DNA from: Eledone cirrhosa
Lineage: Eukaryota
Assembly: GCA_964016885.1 (NCBI GenBank)
Contig: OZ024747.1
Location: 44,826,001-44,890,000 of the forward strand
DNA: 64,000 nt
Direction of reading: 5' to 3'
Both the position numbers and the translations under genes were made by a program. How positions within the stretch are numbered: the first letter of the stretch is position 1; the number at the start of each line of letters is the position of its first letter. Under the pieces are notes generated by a model. It was given only the letters and a program-made list of their open reading frames with translations, ran no database searches and was not told the origin of the DNA. Of the stretch, positions 12,628-25,315 are shown piece after piece.

Positions 12628-13470
12628 ACAGTTGCATTTATCTTGCTTTATGTTCATACGAGTTATCACCAAGTCACAACCAGTGACCTCAAGAGACAGC
12701 AAGGTCCGCCATGTTCAAGAAAGAACATACATATTCACACATGCATCTTTAGTGTTTAGACTTGTGATGTACTTATATTGACAGAATCTTCCTTAGTATA
12801 TGGACAGTTCCCATTAGTACTATCTTTTGTATTTCTCCTATACGCGGGCTTCCTGGGATTTGCGATAAGTAATCATTAGACCCCTTAGGTATCATTCCTA
12901 GAGCGCCTACAACCACTGGTATTGTTTTAGTTCTCAATTTCCACATTTTTCCAATTTCTATCTCTAGGTCCTTATACTTGCTCAATTTTTCAAATGTTTT
13001 TATTGATACATTCTTGTCTATTGGAACGGACATATGAATTAACAGGCATACCCTCTTTTTAAAGTCCTTCAGTATTATATTGGGTCTATTTGCATCTATT
13101 TTTTGGTCTGTTTGGATGCTAAAGTTCCACAAGATTGAGATGTGATCTTTTTCAAGTATGGGAGGTGGTTGATGCTCCCACCAATTCTTTTGATGGGGCA
13201 GGTCAAAATGCTTACACATTATCCAATGTATGTATTGTGCAGCTCTGTCATGCCTGTTTAGGTATTCGGTTGGAGCTATAGGACTGCACATTGAAATTAT
13301 ATGATCAATGGTCTCTGATTGTTTTTTACATACACGGCATAATGGGTTGCATCCATTTTTTATTATGTTGGCTTGGTAATTTTTTGTTGGCAGACACTGA
13401 TCTTGTGCTGATATAATCAGTCCTTCAGTCTCCGATTTCAGTGCAGAGGATGCCAACCACTGATGGGTTA
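12607..13470 (-). mobile_element. R4/Dong-like (restriction-like endonuclease) LINE 3' relic with (TAA)n end
   Basis: ORF 12773-13492 contains SAQDQ, CRVC...ETIDHIISMC, RHD, NRPNII and EKLSKYKDL: a zinc knuckle plus PD-(D/E)xK-like endonuclease. Confidence 0.85.
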
Positions 13471-13473
13471 AAG

Positions 13474-13990
13474 TTATTATTATTATTGTCATTTAATTTA
13501 TCTTACTTTATGTTCATACGGGTTATCACCAAGTCACAACCATTGAGCTCAAGAGACAAGGTCTGCCATGTTCAAGAAAGCACACACACACACACACACA
13601 CATACACATGTATCTTTAGGTATTTACACTTGTGATATACTTATATCAACAGAATTTTCCTTATTATATGGGCAGTTCCCATTAGTACTACCTTTTGTAT
13701 TTCTTCTATATGTGGGATTCCTTGGATTTGGGATAAGTAATCATTAGACCCGTTAGGTATCATTCCTAGAGCACCTACTGGTATTGTTTTGGCTCTCAAC
13801 TTCCACATTTTTCCAATCTCTATTTCCAGGTCTTTGTATTTGCCCAATTTTTCCAATGTTTTTATAGATACATTTTTTGTCTATAGGAACGGACAATTAG
13901 CAGGCTTACCCTCTATTTAAAGTCCTTCAGTATTTTAAACAAAGAGTATGCCTGCTAATTGATATGAATGTTCCTATAGACAAGAATGTA
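13474..13990 (-). mobile_element. Second, shorter tandem R4/Dong-like 3' relic
   Basis: ORF 13641-13856 (EKLGKYKDLEIEIGKMW...) and its UTR are near-identical to the copy at 12640-13000. (TAA)n lies on both sides. Confidence 0.85.
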
Positions 13991-15694
13991 TTATTATTAT
14001 TATTATTATTATTTAAATTCTCTATTGTGTTATTTTGGTTGTTGCCAAAAACATTTTTAATATCTGAACAACACAACTTGATAGATTGTGTTTAGTTAAC
14101 TGGTCCAGAAAAACTATTTCTACTAAATACTAAATAAACAGACCCCCCCACCCCCACCCCCGAACAAAAAACTATATAAGTAATGAATGAAACCCCATGA
14201 TAACATATATATCTTTTTTTTAAATTTTTTTTGCTGTTTATTTTTTTGCTTGTTTGTTAGAAAGCTTTATGATTTGATGGTGGTGGCGGCAACTATGTGT
14301 GGGTAAATGTCGTTAGGCCTCTTAGCTTGTTTTGTGTGTGTTTCTTCAATTTTGTTTTATGGCATTTCAAGTTATTTTAAAACAAAGGTCAAATCAACAT
14401 TAATGCTATCTAGACTGGCAGTCTGTGCATTTAGTTTCTCGTAGTAACTATTTTGTAAAATCTTGCATTCTACTTTATAACCTTTTAGTTGAGTACATTT
14501 TTTTTAGATAAAGCAAAAGAAAAAAAACGAAAAATCTTTTGACTAAATAAGTTTCAGCTTTTACTTTGTTTTCAAATGACTAAAAACTAAAAACTTAGCA
14601 CCTGATAGTTGAAAAAAGCTCTGATATCACACAGAGAATCTAATACAAAACTTTATGGTCTTACTGAAACAATGTATGTATTTGTATGTATGCCTACCTA
14701 TCTACCTACCATGTCAACCAGAGCCACTACCACAATGCAAGGAAACAACACTTGTGTGTGTGTGCAAGGACCCTGCCAATAACTATATCACACCCATCCT
14801 AAGTTTTAGTGGTGAATGCTAAATTTTGCTGACTTTCGAATGACCACGCCAAATTCACATGTACACACCTGATAGAGAATATTTGTTTGCTTAATTTCAG
14901 TTAGTTTAACACTGACACTAGCAACACACGGTCACATAAATTCCTCTCCGACAATCTCCATGTTCCCATCAACCCCACGCCTGCTTTGATGGTGGATGTG
15001 AAATCTGAAATATAGGGACTAAAAAATCAATTCCAAGGTAGCTTCATCTCTGGTTTGGTTTTTCGTTTTCATTTTACATTTCTTTTTCCTATCTTCCTCC
15101 TCCCTGCTCTTATTCCCATTCTTCCTACCATCACCTGATCTTGTTACCCAAAGATATATCCATCTGCCTTGTAGAGGCTTCCAAAAATGACCATTTATGT
15201 ATATATATCATCATCATCATTGCCCCTTTAACGTCCAATTTCCCTATATAGGGAGTGCATCCAGCCATAGAAACCAAGCCAGAAACAGTTTTGTGAGAGT
15301 AAGACACGGTCACCTGACCCAACTTGCTTCAAATGGGACAATGCTAGCATGGAAAAATGGATGTTAAACGATGATGATGACGATGATTATATATATATAT
15401 ATATATACACACACATACACATACATACTACCGACCCACATATATATACATGTATATATAGCAAGGAAAGGAAGATACAGTCACCTCATGTCACAGATAT
15501 GAAAGTGTGTAAAATTTTCTCTGGTCTTTCAGATCAGTTAAGATTTTGGATACCAAACTGCCTAAGGTTGCACTTCACTTTGTTCTATGATATAAAACAT
15601 TTTATTGTTTCTGTATTTAAATTAGAAACTTCCATCATAATTTTATGGAAAAGACTTTTCTTAATGTATTTTCCAAAAACGAATTTATCAATAC

Positions 15695-15908
15695 TTAACC
15701 CTTTTGCATTTAAACCAGCTGTATCTGGCCAGAATTCTATCACCTCATTCTGTTTAAACCAGCCACACCAGCCACTCATACTGATGTTTTCAAAATAAAT
15801 AATATCAGAATCTCATAAATTCAATATTATGTGAGATAATTATGTGAGGTAAAGCTTTTACGGTGAAAATACAATAGTATATATATAAAGTAATGTTTAA
15901 TGAGTTAA
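15695..15908. mobile_element. piggyBac-type MITE (degenerate)
   Basis: Starts ttaacccttttgcattta and ends gagttaa. The interior matches 34021 and 42404. Confidence 0.65.
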
Positions 15909-17689
15909 TGTTTAGGTCAATTATTTTCAAAATTAACTGAAATGCATAGGTAGCATATTTTATTAGGTATATGGTAATGAAAGAGTTAATAAAGATTGGT
16001 GGGGGGAGTGTATTTTCCCTGTAGGACCTTGCTATGTGACTGCTGGATCCACAATATAACAAATGACATTACAGCTTTACTTTGGATCCATTATATGCTC
16101 CCCAAACTAAACTCAGAATCATTCCAAAGAACTTTTGGTGATCAATTTTCAAAGTTTGTCATTTTTACAATTAACATAACAAACATTGAAGATCTCTTTC
16201 ACTGTGATGGAATAAGTTTTATCTTTTAAATTTATTGTATCATAAACTATCATAAAATATTTTTTGTTTTTATATCCTTATAAAACTTATTTCAAGTTTA
16301 TATATTTTTAACCCTAAAAAAATGCTCAATATATTATTCATTGGTATTTTTACTTTCATATAAAATTCAAAGATAAACAAACAAAAAAAACTGATTGAAA
16401 AACCAAAAACAAAAAGATTCACTATTTTGTTTTTATTTCTTCAACTATTTTCTAAAAATTTCATCTCCAAAATAACCTTGTGATATAAAGAAATTTCCAA
16501 TGTTAAGTTGAATCTTGAAATTCAAACAAAAAAAAACACAAAAAAGCACAACAAAAAACATCAAAGACAACAAAAACATAATGGACACGAACAGATTTAA
16601 ATACAGACATTTTACAAAGAAAGCCAGTTTTTAGTTTACCTACTTTTGGAAATCTAAAAGAGTCAATTAGGGTATAAATACCTATGTTAGGAATGTTTTT
16701 TCTTCCTTTTTGGTCTCACTTAATATTTGGTCTTACAATATCTTGACATTGGCCTCCTACTTAAGCAGGTGGGGATTTGCAAAAAGAAAGCTGCCTTTAT
16801 GTTCTAAATATCAATACAAACAATATATATTAAATGATTCAGCTGTGCTATTTCTAAGTTTGGTTGCAGCCTGGTTATTTACCAATAACGATAGAACAGT
16901 ATCGAGCAGTTGTTTAAATGTTATTGCTGTCACATTTGATTGTATGAATGTGAATAAATGGTATTGATTTTGGTCAGGTGCAACAAAACTTTGTTTGGTA
17001 TGACTGATAACCTATTCCACAGTTTGAGTTTTCAATAATTAGTTTCTCAAATATTTAGAAGAAGAAAAAAGAAGGCGGCTGAATACTACTTCAATTTGGT
17101 AAACAAGTGAAATCTCCTTTTCTTAATACTTATATATCTACAATAGAGATGGAGAAGAACCAAAGCAAAAGTGATAAGATGCATAGAGATATCATTCGAT
17201 AGTCTAAAGATTTCATTGGTATATTTCCCCATCCTTTCATCCAATAAAAACTGGCATTGTTACTTTGTCTAGTCAGTCTATATTTATATAGACAGGTGTT
17301 TAACTATTTAATAGTATTTTGAAATCAAGATTCTAAAAACAAGAAGAAGTGGTTTCAGCATCAAAAGTACTATATAGGAAATAGAATACATTTTCTAATT
17401 TTACCCAATTTAGACAAAAAACTTAAATCGATCCACCCACAGACCCAACCATCCATCCATCCATCCAGTTATGTTTGTAATATTTGGAAATATTGCATGA
17501 TTTCTATAAGTAAGACTTGCTGATGCAACTGTTGTGCACAGGAGGTGGCATAGAAACTGTTACAGTTTCAGTAATTACATCCACACTAAGCCGTTTATCT
17601 ATCAATTAATGTATAGTGACCACTCTGGGCTGCAAATTCATGAAGTTAGTAGATAGTGGCCAAGGCTAGATGGATTGTAATTTATATAT

Positions 17690-18000
17690 GGATATGTAAT
17701 AGTAATGTACGCGAATAGTAAAGCATAAACGAATTGAGAGAGAAACTAAGCATAAGAGGTATCAAATGCGGAGAGGAGATTGCGTTGGTATGGCCATGTG
17801 ATGTGTATGAAGGACAACGGCTGTATAAAAAAGTGCAGAACAATGAAAATTGATGGAAGCTACAGAGTGGGTAGACCAAGAAAAACCTGGGAAAAGGTGA
17901 TAAAAACTGACCTTGCTCACTTACGGAGATCTTTAGCGCTATGCAGTTATACAGAAGGCCCGCTTTCCCTTGCATACAAACTTAAACCTACAGTCAGTAG
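17690..18000 (+). mobile_element. RTE-type LINE 3' relic
   Basis: Translates to RWYGHVMCM...GRPRKTW. Confidence 0.8.
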
Positions 18001-18257
18001 GCACCTCTTAACCCGATATATTCACTCCACCCCACACTCACCCGACTCCGCCCTCCCATTTCCATCCACTGTAAAGTGGTCGCGAAGGTGACACGACAAA
18101 AACCACCCAGTCCACACTGTAAATGTGGTTGGTGTCAGGAACCAACCACATTTACAGTGTGGAAAACCTGCCAGAGACTGTTCTGTCATACAAGATATAG
18201 AAAACAGAATGGTCAGTTTAATTTGTATGACATACATATGTTTGGTCATGTAATTAA

Positions 18258-18436
18258 ATAATTGTTTCTACATTTGGCACAAGGCCAGCAATTATCTCAG
18301 TGTATTACTGGTGCTTTATTTTATCGACCCCGTAAGGATGAAAGGCAAAGTTAACCTCGGCGGGATTTGAACTCAGACCATAAATGGACGTAACTCTTTG
18401 CTGCAAAGCATGGCGTCCGACCCTCTACCAATACTG
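18258..18436 (-). mobile_element. tRNA-derived SINE family A (Meta-like central domain)
   Basis: B box gagttcaaatccc and core gcctttcatccttacggggtcgataaaataaag on the minus strand. About 12 copies occur in the window. Confidence 0.85.
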
Positions 18437-18599
18437 AAAGAGAGAAAGCAGTATTTTTGTTTTGGTTGTGAACAAGTAAAAAAAATCAAACAATGATATC
18501 CCATTAATCTGTTTAGATAAGGACCTCTTTGTAGAGACACAAGAGCAAAGAAACCCTAGGTAGTGCGAAGAAAGGAATTAGTACACCAGAGGGCAGAGC

Positions 18600-18785
18600 T
18601 ACTCAACAACAGCTGCTGTTACTACTACAACTACTACTACTGCTGCTATTGCTACTAGTACTGCTGTTACTGCTGCTATAACTGCTGCTGCTGCTGCTAC
18701 TACTACTACTGCTGCTGCTACTACTGCTACTACTACTGCTGCTGCTGCTACCACCACCACTACTACTACTATTACTACTACTATC
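18600..18785. repeat. (CTA/CTG)n tract
   Basis: Read directly from the sequence. Confidence 0.9.
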
Positions 18786-19099
18786 ACCAGTATTTTTGCT
18801 TTTTTGCAAATATTACACCAAAAAATCATGACTAGATTTCTTTTATTTTTCTTTGTTTTTTGTCTCACAGAGTCAGACCCATTTCTGTTACATATGCATG
18901 TCATACAAATTAGACTGACCATTCTAACTGTTTTCTATATCTTGTAAGGATCATAACTGGACTATTACTTAGCACCTTAGTCTGAAAACAATATGTTGAT
19001 TGCTAGCAAGGAAAGTAGACATTAAACAATGGTAGTTTCATTCAATATGAATATTTTCCTTCACCTCACACATTTCTAAACATTTAGAGAATGAAAGAT

Positions 19100-19315
19100 T
19101 TAACCCTCTAGCATTTACATTACTCTATATATACTATTGTATTTTCATGGTAAAGGCATTATCTCACATAATATCAAATCTATGAAATTTTGATATTATT
19201 TATTTTGAGAACAATACCTTAACATCACTATGAGTAGCAGGTTACAACCGGTTTGAACAGAAAGAGGTGAGAGAATTCTGGTTGGATATGGTTGGTTTAA
19301 ATGCTAACGGGTTAA
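19100..19315. mobile_element. piggyBac-type MITE
   Basis: TTAA-ccctctagcattta ... taaatgctaacggg-TTAA. Inverted relative to the copy at 34021. Confidence 0.8.
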
Positions 19316-20390
19316 ATTACATCAATTGATTCTTTTCCTTCAACAGAGCAGGGGGCAGGGAAGGGAGGGGCGAATGCTCTGGGCTCCTCTTATCAAACAG
19401 ACCCCCCCCTCTAGGAAAAGCCTTGTCCCCCCCCCCCCCCCCCCCCCTGAACTGCCCTGGGTCCTCCCCAACCTAAACTGCCCCAGCCCCCTCCCTCCCC
19501 AAGATCTAAATATGGTCCTGTCATTCACTTTACACATTTCTAAACATATGGAAAGTGCAATATTTCAATTACATTCAATGTGAATTTCTTCCTTCACCTA
19601 ACACATTTCTAAACATTTAGAGAGTGCAATATTTAATCGTATGGATTGAATATCCGGGCAAAATGTTAGATTAATTCAAAATAAATACATTTCTATTGCT
19701 GTTTGATAATTTATCCTATTAAATGATGTTAGTAAGTAAAAGACTGTGATATGTTTGATCTATTATTAAAGTACATTAGAAAATCAATATAGCAAAATGC
19801 ACTGGAGTTGAACTCAGAAGTCTATTAGAGAAGAAGAAGAAGAAGAAGAAGAAAAGAAGGAAAGAAGGAAAGAAAAAGATCTTATTTTGAAGAGTGCTTA
19901 GTCTGGTATTTTGTACTCAATGCAATGTGTAATAAGGACTGGTGTATAGTAAATAAACAGAGAATTTATAGTAGATTAGCTAGTTCCAAAATGAGGGCAT
20001 TACAAGAATAGATATATATATATAATCCCATAAATACAGAGATTTAGCTATTTATACATGAATTTTTAAGATGTAATAGGTGCATTTGTAACTTCCATTA
20101 ACTACACACAAACACACATATTACGGGTGTGTATGTATGTATTTTTGTGTATGTATACATACACACAAGTACCTCCACACATAAACACATAAATACACAT
20201 GCATTGTATGTAAATGCAGATAATGGCTTTTCTTTCAAAAGTGTTTATGAAAACACCTCAGTGATCCAGTTTAATATATTTCAGCTTTATTTCTTCATTT
20301 CATATTCAAACTGATACAACATAATACTAAAAACAAAAAAACTCTAATGAGAGGAAATATTTTTAGACATGTATTACAGAAAAGAAAATA

Positions 20391-20442
<52 letters not shown>

Positions 20443-20497
20443 ATGTGTATATATATATATGTATGTATATACATACATAATACATATATATATATAT

Positions 20498-21182
20498 ATG
20501 GCCATTTCCCTGACATATATATATATATATGCATACATACATACATACATATATATCACAGAAAAAAGAGAATCAGTGTTGCGACGAAAGGAATTTATTG
20601 GACATATTACAATTGTTTCTCGGGCGACCAGCTCGAGGCACGATGGATGTGGTGATCAAACCTGACTCTGAAATCGTGCAGTCCTCGGATACGTCTTGAT
20701 TCTACGAAGTAGATTTTCCTATTGTCCTTTAACATCGAATTCCTTCATTTGTTGATTTAGATCCTGTTGTTGTCATTCCATGGGTGGTCAAGAATTGTAC
20801 ACGTCACCGGTATTTCTAGCCATTCATGGTTGCCCACTTGGTTGCACTCATGGGCAACCATGAATGGCTAGAAATACCAATGACGTGTACAATTCTTGAC
20901 CACTCATGGAATGACAATAGGATCTAAATCAACAAATGAAGGAATTCGATGTTAAAGGACAATAGGAAAATCTACTTCATAGAATCGAGACGTATCCGAG
21001 GACCACGCAATTTCAGAGTCAGGTTTGATCACCACATCCATCGTGCCTCGAGCTGGTCGCCTGAGAAACAATTGTAATATGTCCAATAAATTCCTTTTGT
21101 CGCAACACTGATTCTCTTTTTTCTGTGATATATATGTATGTATGTATGTATGCATATATATATATGTCAGGGAAATGGCCAT
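20498..21182. repeat. Fold-back palindrome with about 335-bp arms and a 14-nt loop; Penelope-like terminus plus flank
   Basis: Arms 20498-20836 and 20851-21182 are near-perfect reverse complements. Contains GAAACAATTGTA, a hammerhead 3' half. Confidence 0.92.
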
Positions 21183-21980
21183 GTTCAATATGCAGAAAAG
21201 GAACTGGCATAAATTCTATAAAATGCACACAATGCAGATCCTGGGTACACAAGAGATGTAGTGGGATAGCAGGCAAACTAACAGGTAGGGAGAAATACGT
21301 ATGCAGTAGATGTACAGGGAAATTTGACAGTAGAAGTCGCATTGATAGATACATTTTTCAAATGCAGGTGGGTGATATAGAAGTGGTGGATAGCTTCCGG
21401 TACTTAGGAGTTCAGATTAGCATGGGAGGGGGGTGTTCTGAGGCCATAGTATCTAGAATAAGGACGGGTTGGAAGAAGTTTAGGGAGCTGCTTCCTCTGC
21501 TGATGAAGAAGGGTTTCTCCCTGCGTACGAAAGGCCGGTTATATGATGCCTGTGTGAGGAGACATGGGCAACAACTGCAGAGGAGATGCGACGGCTAGAG
21601 AGAAATGAGGCAAGCATGCTCCGTTGGATGTGCAATGTCAATGTGCGTAAACGACCCAGCATGGATGTGTTCAGAGAGAAACTGTGTCTAAGAGGGATAG
21701 AATGTAATGTGCGAGAGAGGAGACTGTGGTGGTATGGACATGTGATGCGCATGGAGGATGACCGATGGGTGAAGAAGTGCTAGGAAATGCCAATTGAAGG
21801 AAGACGTGGTAGAGGTAGACCATGAAAAACATGGGCGCAGGTGGTGAGAACAGACCTCAGATCGCTGAAGCTCACGGTGGAGATGACGAAGGACCGTGAC
21901 ATGACAAGTGGAGAGATGCTGTGCTGAATAAGACCCATCCCACCCTTGCAAGCAGGGAAAAGCAGACGTAAAATGATGAT
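21165..21980 (+). mobile_element. RTE-type LINE 3' relic with (GAT)n end
   Basis: Translates to GKWPCSIC...WVHKRCSGI...FRYLG...WKKFRELLPLL and RRLWWYGHVMRM. Confidence 0.85.
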
Positions 21981-22000
21981 ATATATATATATATATATAT

Positions 22001-22342
22001 GGGATAACAAATTATCGTTATAGGTAATCCAGTTAGATGTTGGGAGTACTCTGTATTGTGGATAGTTTTAACGTACGGCGTTGTTTGACTCAACAAGAGG
22101 TTTCCTTAGTTAGGTGGCGAGTTTTCGGGAATTCCTATGCAGGTTAACCTTGGAGTAATAATAGTGAAAGTGTGAAGAATAACATGGTCAACAGTACAAA
22201 AAGGGTTTTATTTACAGTATTAACAATTGTTTCATTGATTAGGGTGTCTAAAAGTTGCTAAACACTTGAAATTGTGTCACTCAATTTTAAATACATGCAT
22301 GACTAATACCTAATACTGTTGACCATGTTATTCTTCACTCTT

Positions 22343-22349
<7 letters not shown>
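22001..22349 (-). mobile_element. (TA)n-bounded Penelope-like terminal relic with 36-bp inverted repeat
   Basis: Inverted repeat 22161-22196 / 22314-22349. The minus strand reads gtatt...GAAACAATTGTT-aatac, a degenerate hammerhead. Confidence 0.7.
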
Positions 22350-22382
<33 letters not shown>

Positions 22383-22509
22383 AAGAAAATACGAAGTAGT
22401 TTCAGATGTTAAAGTCCTTTATTGGTAATGTTGTGATACATATTTCAATGACAACAGTGGCCACTCGATTCCATGTACCCAGTGCCATGACATCTTCGGA
22501 CAGCTTAAT

Positions 22510-22546
<37 letters not shown>

Positions 22547-22547
22547 C

Positions 22548-22899
22548 GTGACCTCTGGCGTCACACAGTAATACACAGTACCCGACCTCCCATGGGTACA
22601 AGCTGAAGCTTATAGACAATATGCCCCCACACCCTCCCACTGCAAGGTGGTCGTGGAGGTGCCACGGCAAAAAAGCACCCAGCTCACACTGTAAAGTGGA
22701 CGTGTAGGCGCCACGAAAAAGCACCCAGCACTCACTGTAAATGAGGTTGGTGTTAGGAAGGGCATCCAGCTGTAGAAATCAAGCCAGAATCAGTTCCTGT
22801 ATGAGCAGGGCATGGTCAGCCGACCAGGCACTTCCCACAACAGGACGACCCATCTAACCCATGCTAGCATAGAAGAATGGACGTAAAACGGTAATGATG
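22548..22899 (+). mobile_element. SINE family B-related body and tail
   Basis: gttaggaagggcatccagctgtagaaatc...cccatgctagcat...gatg. Matches 49830-50181. Confidence 0.8.
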
Positions 22900-22904
22900 T
22901 TAAA

Positions 22905-24186
22905 TTTGGGGAGGGTCATATTGTTATAAATATTGCCAGAAATAATAACAGAACACACCTACTGTTTGGTTTGGGCTGGTTTTCGCTTCTGTATTTTTTA
23001 TATCTCCATAGTCAACTTATTTGGCAATCAATGTTTATCATTGATTGACCAGCGGTTAAAAATACAGATATAAATATATATACATAGTCCATGAAAATTC
23101 TTTCGTCACACATCTGTATCATCATCAGTGGTACTATTATGTTTCCTCCCATTCTATTGTAATGTCTACGCCATTTTTATTTTATTTATTTATTTATTCT
23201 TGTCTCTGTTTGAGCATGCGTTTGTGTGTGTGTTTAATGTTTGTGTGTGTGTTTAATGTTTGAGTGTATGTGTTTTTGTTTTTGTATTCTATATTTGTTC
23301 ACTAGTGTGTGGTTTATGTGTTTGTTGTTATTGTACTTGTGTATATATTTATTTATTTATTTATATTTACCTTAGGTCAGTATTGTGTGTTTGGGTATGA
23401 TTGTTGTTGTTATTCTATTTGTTCTTTCTGTTTAACTTTGGTTTTCTTAGTCCTATCTCAGTTGCTTCTCTGATTTGCCTACCTGTTGAGTCATTTCTAT
23501 GCTTAGATATTATTTTAATTTCTATGTTGTCTATATTACCGTCATGTCTTTGTCTAGTGTGTTCATATAGTACTGAGCCGTTTTATTGTCCTTTTAGTTC
23601 ACGCCCCGTGTTGGTCTATTCTTTCTCCTATGCTTCGAGCTGTCTCACCTATGTATGTCGTTATCATATTTCTGCAAGTACCCAACATCTTATGCTATAG
23701 ACTACATTTCTAGTTTTACACTTTATCTGGGGGTTCATTCTACATATACCACATTTCTTATTTGTACAATGTGTTTTATTAAAGGGGTATGTTTTGCTGA
23801 TCAGGGATTTTATAGTAGTTCCTGGCTTTTATACCACTTTAATCTTTAGATGGGTCTTTCTTAGGGCCTTTCTACATTGCTTAGTTAATTTCCCTCCAGG
23901 GGTAGCAACCACGAAAATGGCACTCTAATATCTCTGGTTGTCAACCATAAAGTTTAGTCCTATCTAAGCTATTCCATGATTTGCTCCTGTATAATGGCAA
24001 ATACTGAACTAAGGGAAATAGAAATAAATAAATAAATAAATATATACACAAGTACAATAACAACAAACACATATGTGAACAAAGATAGAATACAACAACA
24101 AAAACACATACACTCAAACATGAACACACACACTAAACATTAAACACATACGCAAACGTATGCCCAAACAGAGACAGAGACAAGAA

Positions 24187-24229
<43 letters not shown>

Positions 24230-24539
24230 AATAAAAATGGCATAAGCTTTACAATACAACTAGAGGAAACATAATAGTTTCACTGACGATGTCGCAGATG
24301 CATGACGAAAGAACTTTGATAGACTATATATATATATATTTATATCTGTATTTTTAACCGTTGGTCAATCAATGATAAACATTGATTGCCTATGGAGATA
24401 TAAAAGATACAGAAGCAAAAACCAACCCAAACTAAACAGTAGGTGTGTTCTGTTATTATTTCTGGCAATATTATAACAATATTCCCCAAGAATAACAACA
24501 TTTGTTTCGACACACAATTTCATATCAAAAACCTTGCAA

Positions 24540-24545
<6 letters not shown>
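22905..24545 (-). mobile_element. 5'-truncated Penelope-like element with 3' pLTR and inverted pLTR
   Basis: About 470-bp inverted repeats (22918-23384 / 24000-24482) enclose a GIY-YIG coding relic. (TA)n lies at the right boundary. Confidence 0.88.
23415..24000 (-). pseudogene. Penelope-like ORF C-terminus: linker + Cys cluster + GIY-YIG endonuclease (Naiad-like)
   Basis: Manual translation across stops and frameshifts: LPLYRSKSW...IFVVATPGGKL...IKVV*KPGTTIKSLISKTYPF...HCTNKKCGIC...CKTRNVVYSIRC / C...YIGETARSIGERIDQH / SVLYEH...H...RQIREATEI...PKLNRK. Confidence 0.88.
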
Positions 24546-24585
<40 letters not shown>

Positions 24586-24589
<4 letters not shown>

Positions 24590-24948
24590 GGAGGTGAGTT
24601 TTATTGTAGTACAATAAAGCAATGCAGATATCGGATAAGTAGCACTCTACAGTTTGTAGGACTGGAGTATAAATAATATAAGATCAAGAGATGGTTAAAC
24701 GAGTTCCATTTTTCTTCCTTTCCAATCCCCCCTCATTTTTATTTCCCAATATCACACATCAATCTTAAATTACTTTCCATATGTTGATTTAAAACTGCAC
24801 TATTCACAAGTGTTTTTTAACCTTCATATCATGTCTCCCTATTTTATCTGACGAAAACGCAAATGTCATCTCATGATGATATTTGTTTTTGAAATGCGTA
24901 TAATAAAATACATGGAACTCTTTTAACCATCTTTTGATCTTATATTAT
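24586..24948. mobile_element. (TA)n-bounded Penelope-like terminal relic with 37-bp inverted repeat
   Basis: Inverted repeat 24673-24709 / 24912-24948 encloses a hammerhead. Confidence 0.8.
24840..24910 (+). ncRNA. Minimal type I hammerhead ribozyme
   Basis: tattttat-CTGACGA-[aaacgcaaatgtcatc tcat gatgatatttgttttt]-GAAA-tgcgta-TA-ataaaata. Stem I is 8 bp and stem II pairs at 15 of 16 positions. Confidence 0.82.
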
Positions 24949-25125
24949 ATATATATATATAAATATAAGGAAAAAAGATGAAATCGAAAATGCAGCTGGA
25001 GTCATTTTGAGAAGATTTATTTGTTTCCTTTACAGGTTTCACAGTTCTTATGCTTTACAAAAGTAGAATTGAGATAGAGGGTTTGTGGTTTTTCTCGCAT
25101 ATATATATATATTTAATATAGAAAT

Positions 25126-25177
25126 GGCTTTTACAGGACTAGAACTGTTTCATTCAGGAGAAATCATCAGGAAAGCC
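25126..25177 (-). ncRNA. Hammerhead ribozyme (near-canonical)
   Basis: Minus strand: ggcttt-c-CTGATGA-tttc tcct gaat-GAAA-cag ttctagtc ctg-TA-aaagcc. Confidence 0.7.
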
Positions 25178-25315
25178 AACTGTCAATGTGATATGGTGGT
25201 ATTTATACATTTTATGGTGGTAGGAGAGGGTGGTCATTGGGATGGGTGGAGGTCATTGGCTGATGGATTTAAAGAATGGGGATTCTTTAAAAAAACTATA
25301 TTTTGAGAAAAATAC

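Noticed and set aside
14860-15010. Possible host exon on the minus strand after a tttcag acceptor
   Set aside because: All frames close quickly and no recognisable protein is encoded. The same applies to candidates near 34440 and 53180.
22430-22505. Functional hammerhead on the minus strand (CCGAAGA...GAAAtatgtaTC)
   Set aside because: The core is mutated and the stems are poor. Probably a relic, so not called as ncRNA.
23415-24000. Selenocysteine recoding in the Naiad-like relic
   Set aside because: The in-frame stops I can place are TAG/TAA at probable Glu positions, plus frameshifts. No TGA at a conserved Cys and no SECIS could be identified by eye.
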